This document shows positions 57,915 to 64,000 of a stretch of 64,000 nucleotides of DNA, in pieces. A model generated the notes under the pieces. It did no database searches. It saw only the letters and a list, made by a program, of their open reading frames with translations, and was not told where the DNA came from. The number at the start of each line of letters is the position of its first letter. Position 1 is the stretch's first letter. The translations under genes and the position numbers were made by a program. This stretch comes from Candidatus Thorarchaeota archaeon (GTDB lineage: Archaea; Asgardarchaeota; Thorarchaeia; Thorarchaeales; Thorarchaeaceae), in contig JAIZWL010000001.1 in NCBI GenBank assembly GCA_021498125.1, positions 773,434-837,433 on the forward strand. Reading direction: 5' to 3'.

Positions 57915-59930
57915 TTGAGTCCGTCGAGCAAAAAAGCACGAAAACAAGGTTCACGTACTAGATCAGTACCAAGTGTAGCGGATGCTGGTGATATCAAACA
58001 AGGCACAATTGCTAAGTTTATGCGTAAGCGGACTCAGCTTGTCGGATTTGAAACTGGCCTTAACAAACATACCCAATATGCGATAGAATTTCTTGACAAT
58101 GCTGTTGATGCACTTGAGAGCTGGTGGTGGAAGTCACCGAAGCATCCACGGCTCCCTGAGCATCTTGATCCCGCTATCATTGAGGAGATCAAAGAGAAGA
58201 TACAACCGACCCTCTACGATTCAATCGCCTTGAGTAAGAAGCTGGAAAAGGCTGTTCGCGAAGGCAAGCCTGTTGAGATTCCCACACGCCCAAAGGAGAA
58301 CCTTGAGGAAAAGGTCAAGGCGTTCCGAAAGTTTCTGATTCCCTTTAGAAGTCTCATTCGAAAAAATGAGCCATTTGCTGTCCTTCAGCTCACTGAGATT
58401 CAGATGCCTGATCTCGTCCCTCTGGATGACGAGGAAGGTCTGAAGGTCTATGAATTCACCTGTTTCGATAACGGTGTTGGGATGATCCCTCGCGACTTCG
58501 AGAAATATGGTATCTATCTAGCATCAAGCAAGTCTGAAAAACTACGACAGACACGTGGGAGTCAAGGTTTTGGTGCGCCATCAGCATTTAGCGATGCCCA
58601 AAATACAACTGGTAAACCCATATTCTCAGTCACGAAGCGCTTTACTGAGGATAAGGCAATCGTCGCAGACTTTTTCACAACGACTGCAAACACTAAACAG
58701 TATGAGGGTGGTCCGGTTGAGATGGATCTCCCGTTTGAGCATGGTACCTACATTCGTCTGCATTATTTGAATATTCAATATCGACGAGGGTATGCGGATG
58801 TCTATGCCGAGATGGCATCATTACTGAACTCCCATGTCACGATTATCTTCATTGATCCCTATGGTGTGATTCGTGTCTATCCACGTCGTGTCAATGTGTT
58901 TCCCGAAGAGCCAAAATATGCACAACCTCATCCTGCGAGTATCCGGATTGGGGAATTTCAGGATCTTTTGCGTGAGACCTCAGAGCAGACTCTTGGAGGG
59001 TTTCTGACAAAAGCATTCTGTAGAATCAGCACGAATAAGGCACGGACGATCATTCAAGAAGCGAACAAAGAACTTGGTCGCAAGCACCTACCAAAGATAA
59101 GCATGAAGACCCCTGTTGATACTCTCTCAAAAATCGAGATCGAGCTCCTTTACAAGGCGTTTTCAAGTCAAGACTATATTGCGCCTCCGACTGATACAGT
59201 TGTTCCGGTTGGTGAGGAAGTCTTTGAGCAGACCATCAAACTTGCTTATGAACCCGATTTTGTGACTGCGGTCACTCGTAGACCGACTTCAGGGAAGGGA
59301 CTCTCTTTTGCGGTTGAGGTATGTATCGCCTATGGTGGTAAGATCTCTAATGCGACCTCTGCGCCCATGGTTCTCTGGCGTTTTGTTAATCGTGTGCCCA
59401 AGCTCCGGGACAATAGTGACTGTGCAACATGGAAGGCCTGTGCCTCGGTCAATTGGCGAAATTACAAAGTTCAGACGTTCGATAATGGTATTCCTCGAGG
59501 CCCCATGATGGTCTTCATTCACGTCTGTGGTGCTTATGTCCATGTTATGTTCAAAGGGCAAAGCAAGCAGGCACTGGCGGAAGATGAGGTTCTCCTACGC
59601 GAGATCAAGTTGGCCCTTGAAGACGCGGGCCGTCGTTTCCGTCGTTTTATCACACGGCGTGAGACCGCCAAACGTAAGGCAAAACGCGCGGGAGTTCTTG
59701 CGATGTATGCGGACCAGTTTGCACAGAGTCTGGCATATATCGTTAATACTGCCAAGGGAAAGACCGTCTTTGATCCTGAGACCGTTGCAAGAAAATTACG
59801 TGATTCAATTACCGGCTTTGAGACCCAGCGTGATATTGAAGAGACCGAGTCCGATGGTGTAGGTAACGATTTGGTCTCTGACGTGCCCTTGGGCGACGTA
59901 AGTGAAGTTGACTTAACGGAGGGTGATTAG
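57915..59930 (+). CDS. top6B: DNA topoisomerase VI subunit B
   Basis: Bergerat/GHKL N-box 'IAKFMRKRTQLVGFETGLNKHTQYAIEFLDNAVDALE', G1 'CFDNGVGM', transducer domain. TTG start. The stop overlaps the top6A start. Confidence 0.85.
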   Translation: MSPSSKKARKQGSRTRSVPSVADAGDIKQGTIAKFMRKRTQLVGFETGLNKHTQYAIEFLDNAVDALESWWWKSPKHPRLPEHLDPAIIEEIKEKIQPTLYDSIALSKKLEKAVREGKPVEIPTRPKENLEEKVKAFRKFLIPFRSLIRKNEPFAVLQLTEIQMPDLVPLDDEEGLKVYEFTCFDNGVGMIPRDFEKYGIYLASSKSEKLRQTRGSQGFGAPSAFSDAQNTTGKPIFSVTKRFTEDKAIVADFFTTTANTKQYEGGPVEMDLPFEHGTYIRLHYLNIQYRRGYADVYAEMASLLNSHVTIIFIDPYGVIRVYPRRVNVFPEEPKYAQPHPASIRIGEFQDLLRETSEQTLGGFLTKAFCRISTNKARTIIQEANKELGRKHLPKISMKTPVDTLSKIEIELLYKAFSSQDYIAPPTDTVVPVGEEVFEQTIKLAYEPDFVTAVTRRPTSGKGLSFAVEVCIAYGGKISNATSAPMVLWRFVNRVPKLRDNSDCATWKACASVNWRNYKVQTFDNGIPRGPMMVFIHVCGAYVHVMFKGQSKQALAEDEVLLREIKLALEDAGRRFRRFITRRETAKRKAKRAGVLAMYADQFAQSLAYIVNTAKGKTVFDPETVARKLRDSITGFETQRDIEETESDGVGNDLVSDVPLGDVSEVDLTEGD

Positions 59931-62166
59931 GATGAGCCCCAAAAAGCGGGGGAAAAAGGAGGCCACTCAGGCAACTCTTGAGGAATTAGTAGAACCAGTG
60001 ACGAAGAAGAAGACGACAAGCGCTAAGCGATCAACATCTAAATCACGCACAACCAAGAAGTCAGCAAAAGCATCTTCAAAGACAAGTTCAAAGGCCAGCA
60101 CAACCAAGGCGCCTAAGAAAAAGACCACTAGTACGAAGAAGACGACCACAAAGAAGACCAAGTCTAAGCCAAAGGAAAAGAAGACGACCACAAAGAAGAC
60201 CAAGTCTAAGCCAAAGGAAAAGAAGACGACCACAAAGAAGACCAAGTCCAAAGAGAAGAAGGCGACACCTAAAAAGACTAAGACGAAGCCAAAAGAGAAG
60301 GTCAAAGCCAAAGAGCCAGTCAAAGAGTCGTCTGTAGAAGGACCATCACTTGATGATCTTCCGGGTGTCGGTAGCAAGACCCGCGCAAAGCTCATTGCCG
60401 CGGGATACGGGTCCATAGAAAAAATCTCAAAGACTCGTGCTTCGGCCTTATCCAAGAAGATCGAAGGCCTGTCCACAGATGGGGCAGATCATCTAATTAA
60501 GAGTGCAAAGAAACTATTGCGTGAGAGCAAAGAGAAACCTGCTGATTCCGAGGAGCAGTCAGACTATCCATCATTGACAGAGCTTCCCGGTGTCGGAAAG
60601 AAGTTAGCAGATCGTCTGGTGGATGCTGGTTATGATTCTGTTCCACGACTATCCCGCTCACGACCACAAAAAGTTGCAGCAGCAATTAGTGGACTGAGTG
60701 TTCCTAGGGCAGCTGAGATCGTGGCGGCAGCAAAAGACATGATGAATCAGATTCAGATCGCTCGAATTGTAGAACCCACGCCAGTTATTGTGGCTACCAC
60801 ACAAAAAACAAAACCTGAAAAGAAACCGACAAAGAAGGCCGAATCCAAGTCCGAGCCAAAAGAGAAGACGCCAAAGAAGTCAACAAAGAAGGAGCCAAAG
60901 AAAGTGAGCACGAGACGCACCACAAAGAAGAAGGCTCGTACAAAGAAGGTACCTCCTGTACGAAAGAAACCAATCCGTAAAAAGTCTGGACTTCCTGTAC
61001 CAAAAGCAGTCACAGACCTTGAGGCTGAGCTGAAAGCCCGGTGGGCAGGTGCTGCTGCACGTGAGGCTGCACGCGAGGAGTTTCAGGAGATCGTTGAAGT
61101 CGTGTCACTTCCACGTGAGGAAACAATAGAATTACTTGTCGAAGAGGCGATGGAGGTTCTTAATGAGGCGATCACAACAGGCCGGCCTGCGTTCGAGATC
61201 CCAAGTCGGTCCAGTGATAATATCGTCTGGGATGAGATTCGTGATCTTCTCCTGCTGGGCATGAAGACCTTTTCCAGACCTTATCACTCACTTGCCTCAG
61301 TGGTCGATGCGACTCGCACCGCTCGTGTCATGGAGATCGTCTTCAATCTACTTCAGTCCAATCTTCACGCAACGAAACGTGAGATCTATTATTCGGATGT
61401 TAACCTCTTCAGAGATCAGAAGTATAGCGATAAGATCATTGAAGATGTATCCTCAATGTTACAGACGACACGTGATAGCATTCACGTAGTGGCTTCTGCA
61501 CGTGGTTCTGCGATGGGTCGTGTACTGATTCGCGACGGCGGTGATCTAATCGACCTGACAAAAATGGGAACTGGTGGTTGGGCAATCACGCCCTTCCTTG
61601 ATCAAGTCGAGATCGTGGAGAGCGACGCAGAATTCATTCTTCTCTCGGAAAAAGACGCAGCAGTCATGAGGCTTGCAGAGGCAAAATACTGGAATCGCCA
61701 ACCCTGTATCGTTCTTACAGGCAAGGGATCTGGAGATATGGCAACAAGAGCTTTTCTTAAGCGACTTGTCAAAGAACTCGAGATTCCCGCCTTTGCCCTG
61801 GTGGACTCTGATCCATATGGGCATTACATCTATTCTGTCTTCTTGAGAGGCAGTAAGCGTCTGAGTTACGAGTCGCCCTTTATTGCAACTCCGGAACTCA
61901 AGTTGTTGGGTGTACTGAGTCGTGACCTTGATGCGTATAATATTCCCAAGTCTGTGAGAATCCCCATGGAGCCAGCGGACATCAAACGTGTAAAGGACAT
62001 GTTAAAGGAACCCTTTGTTCAGGCTAACAAGGAGTGGGTTGAGGACCTTAAACTGATGCTTAAGCTGAAAGAGAAGGCCGAGATCCAGGCATTTGCAAGT
62101 CACAGTTTCAAGTATTTGACAGACGAGTATCTGCCTACCAAACTCGAGACCGGCGACTGGATTTAA
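59923..62166 (+). CDS. top6A: DNA topoisomerase VI subunit A (Spo11 family) with a ~350-aa N-terminal Lys/Thr-rich and (HhH)2-containing extension
   Basis: Core: catalytic-Tyr CAP motif 'KREIYYSD', Toprim 'LLSEKDA' (Glu) and 'VDSDPYG' (DxD). N-extension: 'KKTTTKKTKSKPKEKK' tandem repeats, HhH motifs 'LDDLPGVGSKTRAKLIAAGYGSI' and 'LTELPGVGKKLADRLVDAGYDSV', and a second basic tract 'KTKPEKKPTKKAESKSEPKEKTPKKSTKKEPKK'. Confidence 0.9.
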   Translation: MIRMSPKKRGKKEATQATLEELVEPVTKKKTTSAKRSTSKSRTTKKSAKASSKTSSKASTTKAPKKKTTSTKKTTTKKTKSKPKEKKTTTKKTKSKPKEKKTTTKKTKSKEKKATPKKTKTKPKEKVKAKEPVKESSVEGPSLDDLPGVGSKTRAKLIAAGYGSIEKISKTRASALSKKIEGLSTDGADHLIKSAKKLLRESKEKPADSEEQSDYPSLTELPGVGKKLADRLVDAGYDSVPRLSRSRPQKVAAAISGLSVPRAAEIVAAAKDMMNQIQIARIVEPTPVIVATTQKTKPEKKPTKKAESKSEPKEKTPKKSTKKEPKKVSTRRTTKKKARTKKVPPVRKKPIRKKSGLPVPKAVTDLEAELKARWAGAAAREAAREEFQEIVEVVSLPREETIELLVEEAMEVLNEAITTGRPAFEIPSRSSDNIVWDEIRDLLLLGMKTFSRPYHSLASVVDATRTARVMEIVFNLLQSNLHATKREIYYSDVNLFRDQKYSDKIIEDVSSMLQTTRDSIHVVASARGSAMGRVLIRDGGDLIDLTKMGTGGWAITPFLDQVEIVESDAEFILLSEKDAAVMRLAEAKYWNRQPCIVLTGKGSGDMATRAFLKRLVKELEIPAFALVDSDPYGHYIYSVFLRGSKRLSYESPFIATPELKLLGVLSRDLDAYNIPKSVRIPMEPADIKRVKDMLKEPFVQANKEWVEDLKLMLKLKEKAEIQAFASHSFKYLTDEYLPTKLETGDWI
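60136..60262 (+). repeat. Tandem 45-bp coding repeat (about 2.8 copies) encoding KKTTTKKTKSKPKEK
   Basis: Copy 1 at 60136-60180 and copy 2 at 60181-60225 are identical. Copy 3 is partial and diverged. Confidence 0.85.
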
Positions 62167-62256
62167 TCGCCTCTAATGTAGATCCTTCTAAATCCTACAA
62201 TCGTATCAAGACATCTGAGAGCTTCCTGTGTAATTGTTGTGTATGCATGCCGCAGG

Positions 62257-63639
62257 TTATGCTCTTAGGATCTTTTTCTCAAGGCCCTTCAATCGCTTGG
62301 TCGCACCAGCAAGACGATATTTCTCAGCTGCCTCTTGGTACAGTGATAATGCCCGTCTACTGTCCCCCACTTTTGAGAGGTTGTTCGCCTCGCTCTCAAG
62401 GGCCTTTCCCCATTCTTCATAGGTCCGTTGAACACGTTCGGAGCATTTTGCACGCATCTTGGCAAGCGATGTGAACATGTAGAGTTCACGGGCTTTCCGA
62501 AATTGTACGATCGCCCATTCGAACTCTTTTTGTTTCAGATGCTGTTCTCCCTCGATGTAGTGCGACTCAGCCATGGCCTCATAGCCCTCGTCAACCTTTC
62601 GTGTTGCCTCCTCTAGCCCTTTCTTATCATTGGCTCTCTCATATAGTAATTTTGCTTTTTCGAAGGACTCTATTGCTTTCTCATGTTCGCTTCTCTTGAG
62701 TAACTGTAGCCCCGCCTCCATTCTGGCTCGTGCCATGGCCTCGTATACGTAGTCCGGATACTTGAAGTCGTCAGTAGTTATGACTGCTCCACAACTTGGA
62801 CACATTGGGGTCTCGAGTTCCCGCATAGGTTCTTCGACAACGATCTTCTTTGGTTTGCCAACGACGATCTCGATGAACTCCTTGCTCGTGGTTCCCTTCC
62901 CTTCAGGAAATAGGTGACTGACCGCCTTTGCGGTTCTTGACGGGTCTTCTTCTGTAAAGAGATGGGTCTTTGCATCTTCGGGTGCGGGAATAAATTCTCT
63001 AAGTGGCTCTAGGGACTCTCCGAATGTGGGATCTACTTCTCTCACAGGAACGGGTTCCATGTCCTCCATGTCCTTCGGGACTGGCGGCTCCACTTCGACA
63101 AAAGGATCTCCTTCTCTGACCATATCGGTATCGATCTCTCTTGTGATGGTCGATTCAACTTCTCTTATCATGCTCGGATCGATCTCTCGGATCTCTCCAT
63201 AATCCGATGCGGCTGTGCTCTCCGTCTCGGACTCCTCATCAACTTCCCATTCTAATGCCTCTTCGGGCCTTGTCTTCTCGCGGGTCTTCTCTTCAAGTGA
63301 GGCCGTTGTTGTTGGAGGAGGAGATTCGGCCATTACATCTTCGATAGGTTCTAGTTCAGATTCGGGAAGTAATTCTTCATCAATTGGCGGAAGACTATCT
63401 GCATCTGTGCTCTCTATTGGAGAAGGCTTTAAGGCCATACTATCCCCTGCGAGCATACTGGTCATTGTACTCTCAAGTGTGTCGAGTCGATCATCGGTGG
63501 CTGGTGTTGAGGGCGGCCTATGTGTGACTATTGCTTCTTCAGTGCCTTCTACATTCAATCGTGTGCCACAATGCAGGCAGTGTGTGGATCCTTTTGCGAC
63601 TCTATTACCACATTCCGGGCAAATAATATATTCCGGCAA
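62257..63639 (-). CDS. Hypothetical protein: N-terminal zinc ribbon, long acidic low-complexity region, second zinc ribbon, C-terminal TPR-like helices
   Basis: 'CPECGN...CLHCG', an acidic E/D/P-rich repeat region, 'CPSCGAV', and a helical-repeat C-terminus. Confidence 0.5.
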   Translation of the reverse strand: MPEYIICPECGNRVAKGSTHCLHCGTRLNVEGTEEAIVTHRPPSTPATDDRLDTLESTMTSMLAGDSMALKPSPIESTDADSLPPIDEELLPESELEPIEDVMAESPPPTTTASLEEKTREKTRPEEALEWEVDEESETESTAASDYGEIREIDPSMIREVESTITREIDTDMVREGDPFVEVEPPVPKDMEDMEPVPVREVDPTFGESLEPLREFIPAPEDAKTHLFTEEDPSRTAKAVSHLFPEGKGTTSKEFIEIVVGKPKKIVVEEPMRELETPMCPSCGAVITTDDFKYPDYVYEAMARARMEAGLQLLKRSEHEKAIESFEKAKLLYERANDKKGLEEATRKVDEGYEAMAESHYIEGEQHLKQKEFEWAIVQFRKARELYMFTSLAKMRAKCSERVQRTYEEWGKALESEANNLSKVGDSRRALSLYQEAAEKYRLAGATKRLKGLEKKILRA

Positions 63640-63832
63640 TTTTGTTCCTGTCCCTATTATTGTTTACGTTTTGTTGATACATTTTGTAGTCTCATTATAT
63701 TTCGAGTGAGAGTACACGAGGCTCTCCGGCCTTTGCTGGTATAGTCCCCTACGAGTATACAACTCGCGCAGACTTTGACTCCTATGATATTATCATAAGA
63801 GTTGTGGTGATGTGTCTTTCATTTGAATTATT

Positions 63833-64000
63833 TTAACCTGAACACAAAAGAATGTATGTTGTAAGTGTTACCACAAATCCTACCATGATGCCCAGTGCAC
63901 CTTGAATTAGTGTGTGCTGTTTAAGGACCGATCTCGACCAGACTACGACAAACCATATCACAATCACTGGTATTGCAACCATGCCATACATGTATATGAG
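63833..64000 (-). CDS. 3' end of a membrane protein gene (partial, with the N-terminus beyond the window edge)
   Basis: The reverse strand reads '...MVAIPVIVIWFVVVW...LGIMVGFVVTLTTYILLCSG*' with hydrophobic helices, running into the window boundary. Confidence 0.3.
   Translation of the reverse strand, partial: LIYMYGMVAIPVIVIWFVVVWSRSVLKQHTLIQGALGIMVGFVVTLTTYILLCSG

Noticed and set aside
59967-60476. 169-aa antisense ORF, plus others, within the top6A N-terminal repeat region
   Set aside because: Caused by the low-complexity AAG/ACC repeat, which is open in several frames. The sense frame continues uninterrupted into the unmistakable Top6A core.
63215-63709. 164-aa Ser-rich ORF on the plus strand
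   Set aside because: Antisense shadow of the acidic low-complexity region of the 62257-63639 gene.
1-64000. tRNA, rRNA and mobile-element scan
   Set aside because: No cloverleaf-compatible sequence with a GTTCRAATC-type T-arm was found in any intergenic gap. No rRNA-like conserved blocks. No transposase, integrase or terminal inverted repeats were recognised.

Overview
This is an archaeal chromosomal segment of roughly 50% GC with dense coding on both strands and about 55 supportable genes. The archaeal assignment rests on a Top6B/Top6A topoisomerase VI operon, a CofE (F420 glutamyl ligase) homologue, a TFS/RpoM-like zinc-ribbon protein, TATA-box-like promoters and hairpin plus oligo-T terminators. 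Housekeeping content includes GrpE-DnaK-DnaJ, SerC, a TldD/PmbA pair, Ogt, Sir2, a ClC channel, a Ca-type P-type ATPase, two MFS transporters, an M24 prolidase, Hbd, a 2-hydroxyacid dehydrogenase and a GTPBP1-family GTPase. No rRNA, tRNA, CRISPR array, transposase or integrase was found. The most striking feature is four very large (1000 to 1600 aa) S8 subtilisin-like proteases within 32 kb. Each has an intact Asp/His/Ser triad, a Thr/Pro-rich stalk and a C-terminal transmembrane anchor, consistent with a surface-displayed protein-degradation apparatus. Other candidates worth a second look are listed below. (1) A Top6A whose N-terminal ~350 aa carry a tandem-repeated lysine/threonine-rich H1-like tail and two (HhH)2 modules. 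(2) A GTPBP1-like GTPase next to a TPR protein whose C-terminus looks like a longin/roadblock-type GTPase-regulatory fold, plus a convergent 561-aa orphan. (3) A DUF1015 gene co-operonic with serC. (4) A tandem pair of paralogous small proteins. (5) A truncated TFS-like zinc-ribbon protein. (6) A PH-like, glycine-zipper, double zinc-ribbon protein. (7) Several direct-repeat and palindromic candidate operator sites. All functional calls come from motif recognition by eye, and no database search was run.
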